Assembly (NCBI RefSeq): GCF_963853765.1 | Contig: NC_088856.1 | Location: 31,186,001 to 31,250,000, forward strand | Length of the DNA: 64,000 nt | Direction: 5' to 3' | From: Magallana gigas | Taxonomy: Eukaryota | Part shown: positions 1 to 12,060 of the stretch, piece after piece | How the letters are laid out: each line of letters starts with the position of its first letter | Position numbering within the stretch: position 1 is the stretch's first letter | Translations under genes and position numbers: made by a program | The notes under the pieces: generated by a model | What the model saw: only the letters and a program-made list of their open reading frames with translations | Told to the model about the DNA's origin: nothing | Database searches by the model: none

Positions 1-3000
1 TTTCATGAAAAGTTTATTCCTAAAATGGTGTTTGCTATAGATGGTACGTGAATAAAGTGCAGTTTAATTATATAAAGGGCATTGAGATAAATGATAAAAG
101 TAATAAAGCTACTAATAGTAAAACAAACAAACTACAAAAAATTGTTTAAGTTGTCTCCGAAAAGACTTAAAAGAATAGGGATCTCTTATTTTAAACCAAA
201 GACAAATTCAAATTTTGATGAAATCTTTATTTAAGAGCACTGAGCTCTATTTTCAATGGTGTCATTCCTCTTAACCCTATAATACCGGTATCTATTTTAT
301 ACAACAAATCTGGGTTTTTTTAGAAATTCAAGTAATTGTCATCGATTAAACATCCTGCATGACAGGTACAGCTGCCTGAATTGATGACCGTCGGTGCCTG
401 GTAAGATACCAATACCCACTGCGTCTACATACATATTTTTTTCATGAAAGCGTGGCATTTCGAACGAATGCATCTCAACAGGCAAACATCGTAATTTGAA
501 AGAGTGTGCGGGGGGGGGGGGGGGGGGGTTAGAAGAGCAGACCGACCAACCGAAAATCAAGACGAAAAACAATTAATAAACTAAAATAATCACTTCACAC
601 ATTTTCAGAATCCCAGTCTGTGTAGATAGCGGGGCGGGTATTTCGTATATATATGTATCTTTGAATTTAATAAGAATTATATAAATGCATACTTTCTGTT
701 AGGTCTATATTGTGTTTGCGTTGTCCTCAAGAGAAAAAAAATAGGGACAATTCGTTAAGAATTTATATTTCTATATTTGATTTCTAAAGAAGAAAGTTGA
801 TTTTCAACTCCTGCCTCTCTAATATTTATAACATCTTTTATTTCTGTGTAACAGGGGGGGGGTCATTTTATCAGAGAAATCACAATACCATCATCCATCC
901 GTTAGCACACAAAAGGAGTAATTGTCACCCCCAAAAAAGAATCGCAATGTCTTTCACTCGCAATGTTTGCCGAATAAGCAAAACCATGTACATCACGTTA
1001 TACATTGTAATCAAACGCATTCTTTGCATTCATTTTAATTTTTTTAGATAACTTTTGATGTTTTCTGTTTGGTAATTTAAATATCATCAAATGTTTTGCT
1101 GTAAGAAAAGTCGTTTTTAATTGACGTCGTATATGTAAACTCCCGCACTGCTTACTCATCTTCGAATAACCGGAAGTACTGCATACCTGCTATGAGGGGA
1201 AGATAACTCTTTCAGTAACGATAACTCTAGTTTATGGGAAGACCGAATAGTTCTGTTTCATTATATTTAAAGATGTATGTATATCAGGGGATTTTTGTCT
1301 TTTTTTTAATTTCGAAGTTGTCGACTTGCAATACAAAAGACGTTGTTTTAGCAGTTTTACAACAGTGTGCATTATTTACAAATTAAATAGCTTGCATTTG
1401 TCATACTTATTATATAAACAATTGTATACACCCCACCCCAATAACCCAAAGCAGATATTGGGGGTGGGGGGGGTGGGGGGGTGGGGGGGGGTGGGGGGGG
1501 GAGTAAGAATCAAATGTACTTCTGAAAACCGCAAAGATGCAATATGTCTTATACAGATGAGGAGAGGGGATTTTTTAAGATGCCTTTTCCATTAAACTTT
1601 AAGAAACCTTTTATTCGAAAAACTTTCTTCAAATAAGTAGAGGGTTCTTAGATGACTGCTCATATATCTATATTTTAATCAAGAAACTGTATACAAGGTT
1701 ATTTTCGTCTCGTGTAATTTCCGCCCTTCTATATTTGCAGTTTTAACAGTTTTGCTCTGTCGTGAATTCACCCAGGCACAGTTGTTACTTAATATCAGAT
1801 ATTGAAAATCGACAAGTCTTACATTCGCCCGCTGACAACGAGAGTGAAATGATTGGAAATGAAACGGGGGCGAATAATTCCCAGTATAAAGTATATATTA
1901 CTTTGAACCCCCCCTTCCCCCGAAAAAAAACAAAACAAAACTATCAATCGATTAAAATCGATTGAAACAAAAACAGGAAAGGTAGTTGGGGAGACCCCGG
2001 CCTCGAATGTTGATAATTCCTGTGTTGTTAATTATTGACCCGACTAAATATTTGCGTAACTTTGTTAGTCGGACTTTCTTAAGCCCAAAATTACGCCTTT
2101 TTGAGAAACGGGTCCCTGGTTATTAAACCAGTGGATATTGACTTTGACCAATGGTTAAAATAACCAGTGGTTTAAGTTAACAGAGTTTTTGAGCAACCCA
2201 GTCCTTATAGTTAATTTAGTCTGCAAAGTCATGCCGACGGCACAAAATCCAGTAGTTTCGATGAATACTGTGACGAACGAGCTTTTTAAAAGAGGCTTGT
2301 TCATTTGATCAATTTACTCAGGGTGTAATATGAGCCACCAATCAACTTGCATTCTTCAATACGAGCCCCGACATTTAAACGAACCCAATTAAAGGGTGAT
2401 GAAGAGAGAAATTTAAACGACGTGTAATCAACCGTGGGTTTCCGACGATGCAAAGAAAGCCGTTTATTGTTTAGATATATTGTTATAGAAATAATGTTGG
2501 TTTTTTGGTCTAAGGTATTGCAAACAGGGTAATTATGTTGGTATGTGGTTTCAATTAATACAAAATATTATTTAATCCTCGTGTGAGTTTTTTTGTGGAG
2601 TGATATTTTGATCAATTTTAAATATCAACGATTATTGAATGCGTATAAATGGCCATCTTCACAAAATCGTAATTATTCTTCTCGACAAACAAATGAAGAA
2701 ATGTTTTCATTCACATGTATTCCATGTGTCTGCATTTTTCCGCTATGATTTCTGACACCTGAGGTTGATAGCACTTTGTTTATATGTCTGTGATGAGTGG
2801 ATTTTCTATGAAATGAAATTATAACTCAACCTTGTTCATTTCAAATCGACATTTTTGAGATATTTTTGTTAAGAACAAAACGGTTTGCGGTCGGTTAATT
2901 CTTTATTAAAAGCTTGCAACAGTGGTTTTTTTAAGCATTTTATGGAAGGGCTTGGAGTTTTGTTTTTTGGTTTTTTTTTATTGTTTATTTTTTTGTACAT

Positions 3001-3167
3001 GTAAATGAAGTTCAAGATGAATGTTTACTTATAGGTAATCAAACTAAAGTGTAAATAAAACCAACAGCAAATTTTAATAACACAGTTAATATACACAAAC
3101 AAAAATTATTGTTTGTTTAACTTTGATTTGCAACAATTTCAAAAACATCATCTTTACTTTGAATATT

Positions 3168-4814
3168 TTATTTTCTTTTGCCATTGTGATATTCACACAC
3201 AAACAGATTGTCATCATTGTCCTCACATAAGCCAGAAGGATCCCTCAGACCACAGTTTTTAATGTAACGTAGAAATTGTCCTTTCTGATCCAGAATGTGG
3301 ATACAATGGTTGTCACAGTCTGCTGTCAGGATACGACTCTGACTGTCTGTTGTGATACCATAGGGTCTAAATGGTTTGTTCTTGGTAACTGAGGGATTAC
3401 CAGTGTATCTCCATCTAAGTTTCCCGTACTGATTAACCACCACTACCGAATAAGCTCCAGAGTCAGATACACAGATGTCATGGTTTATGTTCTCTGTTAA
3501 GTATTTCATTTTACCGTTCATTGAGTACAGATGTTTACCATCATCGTCAAATTGAAATGTGTTTTTCTCTGTAGATCCCAAGTAACGGACAATTTTCGAT
3601 TGAGTTTCATCATCACTGTACATGGCGACCAGGAGATCACCAGTAGAGGAGACACAAACTTTACTAGGCCTCCAACCCTGTATTCTGATCAACTCTTCTG
3701 TCTGTCCACTCTTTACTTTATACACTGTCTTTGTTAATGCACTAATGTACAGTAGATTCCCATCAATGTCTACAGCTATACCACTAGGGTATTTACCTGA
3801 TTTTTTCTGGATTGTCTGGAGGAGTGAACCTTGAAAGTTGAAGCATTTAATATCATTGGTCTCTGCACTCGTCCAAATCCTGTCTCCATTCAGACAGGTA
3901 ACACTGCGTAAATATTTATACCCAGTCTGTATTGTGGCAACAAGCTTCGGTTTATCCAGTAGTTCTTTGAATGGAGTGTTTGGTTGGTTCGGTGACAGTA
4001 GATTTTTTTCTGTAGCAGAAGATATTGGGGTGATCTGTCCAAACAAACTATACAACGTCGTATGGTATATTGGTTTGGGAATGAAGGTTGGCATTGATAC
4101 CTGAACCTTGGGTGGAAGCTTTCTTAACGCTCTGATATTTGAGCTGTATTCAATGGTAGGAGATAATTCAGTAGATTTCTCAATTTCTTCTATGGCAACT
4201 AGTGTTTGTTTAATGAGAGATTGTATCTGTTTGATTTCATCCAAATGTTTCTGTAAAATGTCTCTGTGTTTTACTTGTATCTCGCTGATTTCAGTTTTCA
4301 TTTTGTTGACGTTGATGTCGATTTCTCTGTGCCATTGCTCTCCTTGTTTGGACATTGTTGTTGTAAGTTTCTCATATCCTCCCTCCAGGTTGGTAATCTG
4401 ATTTTCCAAGTTGCGTGCAATTTCTTCATATGTAGGAAAAATAGTGTTTACTAACTCTTCTGCTTCTTTTTCAATATTTTTTTTCTTTGCCTTGTAAATA
4501 GTGAAAACATCTACGAATACATGTCCCCTGTGTTGATCAGATGCAGTACAAGAGGAACAAATTAAAATGTTAGTGCAATTTTTGCAATGCAAATCACAAA
4601 TTTTGTGTGGATGTGTTCCACATTTCGGATAAATGAGGGTTGATCTCCGTTCCTGGAAAGGGACTATTTTATGTTTGTCATATCCATCTGAGATGTGTTT
4701 GCCTATACAAGGCGTGCATAGGTTGACATGACAAAAGTCACAGTAGCTGTGTACTATGGCGGTCTCACAAAGGTCACATCGGTGCACATCCTGGGCACTA
4801 TGACGGGGATCCAT
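3168..4814 (-). CDS. RING-less TRIM-like protein, copy 1: B-box1 + B-box2 + coiled coil + NHL beta-propeller (548 aa, C-terminus frameshifted)
   Basis: ORF has CDLC..YCDFCHVNLCTPC..H..H (B-box1), C.THP..CDLHCKNC..IC..C...H..H (B-box2), a coiled-coil stretch and NHL repeats (PSGIAVD, PYGITTD..RILTAD, PSGLC.D). A splice acceptor (cgtAG on the - strand) lies at 4825-4826, 10 nt upstream of the ATG. Clear paralog of 12061-13725 and 44436-46100. Confidence 0.93.
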   Translation of the reverse strand: MDPRHSAQDVHRCDLCETAIVHSYCDFCHVNLCTPCIGKHISDGYDKHKIVPFQERRSTLIYPKCGTHPHKICDLHCKNCTNILICSSCTASDQHRGHVFVDVFTIYKAKKKNIEKEAEELVNTIFPTYEEIARNLENQITNLEGGYEKLTTTMSKQGEQWHREIDINVNKMKTEISEIQVKHRDILQKHLDEIKQIQSLIKQTLVAIEEIEKSTELSPTIEYSSNIRALRKLPPKVQVSMPTFIPKPIYHTTLYSLFGQITPISSATEKNLLSPNQPNTPFKELLDKPKLVATIQTGYKYLRSVTCLNGDRIWTSAETNDIKCFNFQGSLLQTIQKKSGKYPSGIAVDIDGNLLYISALTKTVYKVKSGQTEELIRIQGWRPSKVCVSSTGDLLVAMYSDDETQSKIVRYLGSTEKNTFQFDDDGKHLYSMNGKMKYLTENINHDICVSDSGAYSVVVVNQYGKLRWRYTGNPSVTKNKPFRPYGITTDSQSRILTADCDNHCIHILDQKGQFLRYIKNCGLRDPSGLCEDNDDNLFVCEYHNGKRK

Positions 4815-5240
4815 TATAGTTTATCTACGAAAACAAAATATGAAGATTAGAATAGTTCTGTATATTAAGGTATAGACAGTGTTGTGTATTTTGAAAACAG
4901 TTTAAGCAGCCATCTATCTAAACTACTATATCAAAATAATAGACTCTTTTTAAGCTTTTTAAGCTTTAATACCGAGAAATCGGAAGAGTACTGCCATTGT
5001 TTTATATATTTTAAACATTATTGGCACTTGAAGATTACCAATTTGTTTTTATTTTTTCTCAATCAAGCTTCGCTAATTAATAATCAACGAACATTCCTTT
5101 AAAAAATCCGGAAATCATATGGATTTTTCGGATTTTACAATCTTGCCATTCACGCTAAATCACGGGAGGCTCTTTAGTTTTTGTTTCCACAATATCACAT
5201 TTGCATGGATAAACTCAGAAACGATATTACAAATACGTGT

Positions 5241-5372
5241 NNNNNNNNNNNNNNNNNNNNNNNNNNNNNNNNNNNNNNNNNNNNNNNNNNNNNNNNNNNN
5301 NNNNNNNNNNNNNNNNNNNNNNNNNNNNNNNNNNNNNNNNNNNNNNNNNNNNNNNNNNNNNNNNNNNNNNNN
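5241..5372. other. Assembly gap (132 N)
   Basis: Run of N in the sequence. Confidence 1.
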
Positions 5373-6274
5373 AATTTTTAGTACTCGGTTACTCGGACGT
5401 TTTTCCGATCGAGTACCCGGGTACTCGGTAAAAGTGTAAATAAATGTGAACAAGTACATTGATAGCTGTAAAACCATGGTCACTTTTGTAGAACTTAAAC
5501 CACATGATCTAATGGGAGTTTCGATCCTAGATTTTATAGTATTACGGGACGGTAGGTTGTAGTTTGATGCGACGATGGACATCAGTATTGTAACGGCATG
5601 TTTTATAACACATGATTAAAATCAACAATCGCACGTGTAATATCATCTGTCTCTTTTCCCGAGAATATACGGCTTCTTGGAGAATTGACAAAATTCCATA
5701 AAGTCGGTTGTTTTTCTGGAGTTTCTGGCCGGTCAAATTCCTCCTTATGTTTAAGACGAATGTGATTTAACATGTTTGTCGTTCCCCCGTATAGGATAAA
5801 TTTATTTCGCACAGCTGACATTTTACGTTTTTTGAATCTTCAGTTCTTTTAAAATATTTCCAGGCCTTCGAAGTCGCTGACAGCATTTTAGGTCTGTTTA
5901 ATTTCTCTACCGTGTGCTATCTAATTTATATAATAGACTATATAAACGATGTTTAGTGAAAACAAATCATTAAAGTTAGCCCAAAAAAAGGGTAGAAGAC
6001 AGCCAAAGGTGAGAAAAGCTAGGTAACAGGTTCTTGGTCACGATAATTACTATATAAACACTGCCACAGGCTAAAACGGTCATTTAGCATATTTAGAGGC
6101 GTAGGAACTAATTACTGTATGTACACGTGCAATGGACATTTTAAGTTTTAATACCGATGTTTTAATGCATTATTAAATAAACTTAGAAATATTAAAAAAT
6201 ATACATCCGAGTAACCGAGTACCGATTTTAGTATTCGATACTCGGACGTTCGATCGAGTACCCGGTTAACCGGG
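5373..6274 (-). mobile_element. Internally deleted hAT (ZBED1/Ac-like) element with BED zinc-finger relic
   Basis: From ATG 5886, restoring one G in the G-run at 5784-5788 gives MLSATSKAWKYFKRTEDSKNVKCQLCEINLSYTGGTTNMLNHIRLKH (BED finger, W..F..CxxC..H-x4-H). A further frame gives YNLPSRNTIKSRI, a typical hAT N-terminal motif. No DDE core. Repeated GAGTACCCGG/CCGAGTA motifs lie at both ends (5381-5430, 6207-6274); the termini fall in the gaps. Confidence 0.8.
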
Positions 6275-6443
6275 NNNNNNNNNNNNNNNNNNNNNNNNNN
6301 NNNNNNNNNNNNNNNNNNNNNNNNNNNNNNNNNNNNNNNNNNNNNNNNNNNNNNNNNNNNNNNNNNNNNNNNNNNNNNNNNNNNNNNNNNNNNNNNNNNN
6401 NNNNNNNNNNNNNNNNNNNNNNNNNNNNNNNNNNNNNNNNNNN
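6275..6443. other. Assembly gap (169 N)
   Basis: Run of N in the sequence. Confidence 1.
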
Positions 6444-7407
6444 ACGGGAGATAGCTCAAACTCTGTGCATTTAATATGAAAAATCCCGATAGTTCCGAAT
6501 TTCAACTCGAAGCTAGTGAAAAACGTTGCTGGAGAAGGTGTTGAATTCTTCATTAATATGAATCAAATTTTTAGATGAAAGGTATTTACAGTCTCAAAAT
6601 GGTTTATTATGTATAATTTGACTGTTATTTTCAATGCAGCTTCATTGATTTTCTCCAAAATCGTTTCGGAGCGATTCTGCAATTTTTTGCTACATTACAG
6701 GTATATGGGTGGCATTTTAACTGTGGTATAGGCCTGTCTCGAGTCACAGTTAGATCATTAATTCTAACTTAGCAGAGTGTAGTGAAATTAATAGCATAAT
6801 TGTAGGCTTAAAGCTTTATAATGTAAATGGCAACAATGCGGTGTGTCGATGTATCTATTTCGTATATCTCCGATATCATATACAATGTCAACCCGTGCAT
6901 GCACGGGTCAAAGTCTAGCATTTTATTATAATTTTTCTTAACTGTTGGGAATCTATGTCTTTGTTATTTAGAAGATATTGCTAAGCTAAAGCAACCACAC
7001 GTTCATTGTAAATTTTAACACGATCCAACAGTACATGCATACAATAATATTATCTGCGCCATAAAAAATGTAATCAGGAGTTTATTTCAAAGTCACAGGC
7101 ATTTGACTCAATTTGTGCAACAACAAAAGGGGTGGGGGTGTTATATATTCCCATTTAAACGTTATCCCCCTCCTTGTTTCGCTCAGATTCAGTGAAATCC
7201 CTGATGTAACCTCCCCCACCCCCTCTTTTTCCCTCAGATTTAGTCAAATCCCTGTGTATAATAACATCAAAATTGAAAGTAGGTTTAGAAATGAATATTC
7301 AGTTACATGCATATTACATATAATGCAAATGTATATTTGAAACAACTTCATAAACATCTATCGATGTATCATGAAGTTGACATAGATATCTAAAAACGAA
7401 TACATAC

Positions 7408-7470
7408 CGTGCTCTTATCTATCATGTCCATACGAGCGAGTCACATGACAATTCATTAGAGTTACCTCCC
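7408..7470 (-). promoter_or_regulatory. Putative non-coding first exon and splice donor of TRIM copy 1 (5' boundary approximate)
   Basis: GAGCACG|GTATGT donor and upstream GGGAGGTAACTCTAAT motif are conserved in all three paralogs (7408, 14651, 43727). Confidence 0.6.
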
Positions 7471-8022
7471 GTGCCTGACATTCCATTGAACGGTCAAGAA
7501 AATATTAAATATGAAAGCGCTAGAAATCTCACATTAAACATTATTAAGATAATGTGTATGCTGAAAAAGATTTTGCTTGTATATTGAACATATTATTTTG
7601 GTTCATATTGTGTTCCACATTTTTTTCTTAACCATTTTTAAAAAATGATACAAAAGCAGCTAGGAGAACCTAAACCAATATACCATAGAATGACTGGACT
7701 AATATTGAGTTTATGTTGACTAAATTCTTCCTGTTGCAGATGACTTAAAAAATGATAAAAATTTGTCTGCCTTTAACTGTTTGATTTATATGCATTATAT
7801 TGTTGCAACTGGAACTATTTGCAATTTCGCATTATGTTGTATTAAGAATCTTTAAAGGTTGCTAACAAATGAACCATCAGATCTGCCTTAAACTTTAACA
7901 TATATGATATACTTGTACTTGGGCATAAACTAATATTCAGGAAAGAAAAAAATCCAGATATATTAGTTTTATAATTTGAGCATTTGTAAAGTAATTAACA
8001 CTGTGCCGGTGTCGTATAATTT

Positions 8023-8139
8023 AAGGTCCGCCCTGTAAAATGGTCCGGTCGGGCTTTTAATGTTAACTTTTAAGGTCCGCCTTTGCACTAAAAGGGTCCG
8101 TCCAGTATACGAAAAGGTCCGCCTAACATAAAAGGTCCG
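8023..8139. repeat. Array of about six (A)AGGTCCG motifs; probable subterminal region of a DNA transposon fragment
   Basis: The motif recurs at roughly 15-40 bp spacing within 120 bp. Confidence 0.55.
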
Positions 8140-8169
8140 AGGTACATGTATATTTTTCATTTTAGAAGT

Positions 8170-8248
8170 AAAACGTGACAGCCGGACGGACGGACGGAAC
8201 AGGGTAACAACAATATTCCCGAACTTTCTTTAGAAAGTGCAGGTATAA
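8170..8248 (-). mobile_element. 5' fragment of a Helentron-associated (HINE/DINE-like) element
   Basis: The reverse strand reads TTATACCTGCACTTTCTAAAGAAAGTTCGGGAATATTG, then a (TCCG)n microsatellite. This is the subterminal inverted repeat plus microsatellite layout of HINEs. Confidence 0.6.
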
Positions 8249-8553
8249 AGAAAATATTTGGAAATGTATCAAAGTCGAGTACTCTGGCTCTTATTCAGGC
8301 TTTGGGCGAATTACATTGTCAAGTAATGCATTTCATTTATTACTTCATGCATTTGTCATTAAATTATCGTTTCCATTACCTAATGTTCTTAAAGTAATGC
8401 ATTTATTACAATTACATGAATAAAATAGTACATTACCATTACTTTTGAAATATCAAAAAAATAATTATAAAGCTAAATGAAAAGATTTTGCAAATGTTTT
8501 AAATATAAAACACACTTTAACATATCTACAGATCAGTCTCGCCTTGAATATAT

Positions 8554-9058
8554 AGGGACTCAGACGCGATTCGATATCAATTTTTTTGATTTCTAAAATG
8601 GTTTACTTGTGCATTTTAAATGATTGACCAAGATATTGAATGTTAAAGTCAAGTTACAAGCGAGATACAGAGGTAAGAATTGATTATTATGTAAACAAAG
8701 CTCGAGTTTTATAGTTGTTTACAAAAAATGTAATGTAGAGAATTATCATTTCTTAGACAAAATTACATGTAAAAAACAATTTAAACTAATTCAATATCTT
8801 CATAAATACTATTATCAACAAAAGAAAGATACATTTAATTGAAATTTACACCAATACAACACATATGTGAAAAAATGACAATATTCGAGCTTTGTTTAAA
8901 AAACAAAGAATTATGAACACTGTATCTTGCTTATAATTTGATATTTGACTTTCAAATTTTTACATAGCATTATAAACGTCTATTAATATTTATCAGTATA
9001 AACACTGACAATGGAAAAAAAAATTGAAAATTTTAAGTCAAAGCGTGTCCAAGCCCCA
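8554..9058. mobile_element. Diverged Kolobok-like MITE
   Basis: Degenerate TIRs (AGGGACTCAGACGCGATT / revcomp GGGGCTTGGACACGCTTT). Internal motifs (CGAGATACAG, TGTAAACAAAGC) are shared with the 27483-27981 element. Confidence 0.5.
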
Positions 9059-12000
9059 GAGTACCAGATTACATTTGCACTTTATGATCATCAACAAACT
9101 TTCAAATGTTTCATCTTTTATCTGCATCCTGTTGGTTTGAAAATCTTCCAGGCTATACAATATCAAATAAATGTTCTACAGAACAGTGGAAGCTTGGACT
9201 GAAAGATACTGTTTCGTCTGATTGGCAATTTTTATCTAAAAGATATGTTAAGTGCAATAATAGATAAAAATACACGAATCTTGTATTTTCTATCAGTTCA
9301 AACTAATGTTCTTAATATACAACACTGATATTGAGAGAGATGGGAGAGAGAGAAAGAGCGAGCTAGAGAGAGAGAGAGAGAGAGAGTTATTATTTTTAAA
9401 TAGGTTATAATATTGGAAGTGATTTTTCAAGTTTCCAGAGAAAATGGTTGGATAGTGCATTTATTTTTTGTTTTTAAAAGTGCATTTGTGCCCTCTGTTT
9501 TATTAGAAGGTAGCCAAGGAAAACGGGATTGGAGTGTTTAGCACTTCTAAAAACAATAGATTGTGTTGATACTTAGATAAACCTGAGGGAATTGTATGAA
9601 TGTGTGTTGCTACATGTAACACATTCTTCACAGAAAAGAATTTATTGAATGCACAACTAATTGGAGTAAATTTTTCAAATAATTTCAACAATCTTAATGT
9701 TATTGAATTGTGTTGTTCTAGCAAGTAATATTCAGAATTTTTCACGTTTAGTCGTCTGTACACACTACGGAAATGACCGGTGATTTTTATCATTATATTT
9801 TCTAATTTGTTTTAAAAGAATGAAAATAACACATACACAAAATGCATCTGCAATAAAAAACCATCGCGAAGTTTTCTTAAATATTTCATGCAATTCAAAG
9901 TGACACAGTTCTTACAGATGTTCATAACGTCAACTGCGTACTAAAGCCTCAGTCACAATTGACCGAACGTGTTTGGTGACCGTGCGTGTGCTACTAGTTT
10001 TACGCGTCGTAACTCCTGTGGCTGATCGTATTGTTAAAAATCGTATTGAAGTGATTTCGAGTGCAACGTACGACAAATGGACGTTTGACGTGTCAGTCGT
10101 AGGTGTCACGTACAATTTTGTTTGAAGACGGGATGCCACTCGCAGCAAGCGATGCCCGTAGAAAGCGCACTTCCGTCTTACGTTTATCGTGTACCAGACG
10201 TAGGTTTTTCTTGCGAACGGCAGTAATAACATTCGCATCGTAGGTTACGTGCAAGTCAATCGTACTTGTAACAACGTCTTTCCGTGTCCCACAAAAGATG
10301 CACGGCCATTGATTAGTTTTCTTTACATTAATATAGAATATTTTTTCCTTGGGCATGTACTGAAATATATCTACTGTAAGCAAATAAATATTAAAACGTC
10401 AAAAGATCTAGAACTCGTAAAAAAAGAAAAATATTATTCTTTAATTGCTGTTCTGGTGATAAGACTAGCTAAACTAAGGAATACGTTTTAAAAACAAAAT
10501 TTACCTTTGGTATCTAATACCATAAAATATTGAAAACTTCTCTGAAATCTAGGAAAAAGTCTGCGCAAAAAATCTATTTTTAGAGAAATTAGCAAATTAA
10601 TTAACATCTTATAATTTAACTCCTGGCCAGTGTAATATCTTTAAATAATTTTGCAATTTTGTTCACTAAAAAGCCATATCGAATTTCTTTGGTTTTTAAA
10701 AATTTTATTATTAAAAGTGTAACATCCATCTACCCTTCATTTCTTTTAAAAATCGAAGTCAAAATCAAAGTCTACAAATTCTTTTCTGGTATAATGATTT
10801 TGATACAAATATGGGAACAGTTTTAATGTACTCTGTTTACAAACAAAAATTATTATACTCCCGAAAACAACAACTTCCTCCCGTAGGATGTGTAGGGGAT
10901 TTTGTAGTTGGTTTTAGATGAATATATCGTTTTGTGCGTATATCTAATTTCTCTTCTCCTTACTCCGAAAATGTATATTATTCTATCTTAGCACGCTTGC
11001 AGGTCGAAGTGAATTGGGAATCCTATGGCTTTTCTTTATCCTCTACTTCATTATCTAGTTCATTTTCGTTCTGTTTTTCTTCTTTGCCTTCCAATTTTTT
11101 TGCATAAAATATATTGATTTTGTTTGATTTTGGTTTTTAGAACGAGGGTACTAAAATCTATGATTAAATTTTAATGAAACAGTCGATCTTTTATCCTAAT
11201 GGGAATTTTTTTTCATAATCAACTTTTTATAAAAATCTTGTTTATGGGCGATTTGCAAGCACCACGAGCAAATGGTGTACGTACAACGTTGAGGCTCATT
11301 ATTAGAACATCTACTTGTCAAAACAGCTACATGTAATTATCATAGCCAATCATAAGGCCCTCTAAGGGAGCACATTTAGAATTTAGCTGTGTTCGCCTGT
11401 ATTTCTTTAAACAGTTTTTTAAGCAATTTATTAAAATTAAATGCATGTTCCTATAAACTTAAGGTAGTTTGTTTTAAAAGCACAACAATATAAATAATGC
11501 AGTTTTTATCATTGTTTTTTAATTCAAATAACACTGTATGAAAATGCATGTTTATATAAATATAATTTAGTTATTCCTTTTCGAAGGGAAACACCTTTTA
11601 CTCGATGTCCACAAGATGACAGTGTAAAATTCGTTAGACTACGCGAACACTTATCATCGCTGATCAGGGCTTATGGATAAAACCCGCCCCCGCCCCCTCC
11701 TCTTCACAGTATTGATCCCCTGGTCTGCACCCCTTTTTAATTACACCACCCTTTGATGAAATTTCTCTTATAATTTTTCCTTCATGCCGAAAAATACCTA
11801 AAACAAACATTTTATCAAATTTATACTTATGCTTTGTTATTTCAAAACAACCTAGGACAGTTGAATTTTTTAAGTGGTAAAAACCATCCCCGAATGAAAC
11901 GACCAGTACACAACTCACAACTACATTTCATTTAATTGATAAAGCATGATGAAACTTTTTTTCTATGTAAGTATCATGATAAAACTGTATGTTACTAAAT

Positions 12001-12060
12001 AGTTAAAAGAAAACAATGTTAAGCATGTTTAACTGATATCATTGTCACAAACGACAGTGT

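Larger units (their letters stand above)
4913..6918 (+). mobile_element. Non-autonomous Helitron in the 5'-UTR intron of TRIM copy 1
   Basis: Starts A|TCTATCTAAACTACTATA at 4913. Ends with hairpin ACCCGTGCATGCACGGGT (6891-6908) followed by CTAG (6915-6918), the canonical Helitron 3' end. The base after CTAG is C rather than the usual T. The segment is absent from the equivalent intron of copies 2 and 3. Confidence 0.7.

Noticed and set aside
1459-1502. G-rich tract with G-quadruplex potential (also 508-527, 15476-15500, 39104-39120, 59408-59431)
   Set aside because: Simple homopolymer or low-complexity runs with no linked feature; lengths are unreliable in assemblies.
2075-2205. Abutting transposon-like ends (GGGACCCGTTTCTCAAAA and GGGTTGCTCAAAAAC on the reverse strand)
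   Set aside because: Short fragments with no partner TIR or TSD found, so boundaries cannot be supported.
3531-4454. Several + strand ORFs overlapping TRIM copy 1 (and equivalents at 12307-13543 and 44618-45628)
   Set aside because: Antisense shadows of the real CDS. They recur only because the paralogs are similar and have no domain motifs.
5119-6553. ORFs containing long X runs
   Set aside because: Artefacts of translating through N gaps.
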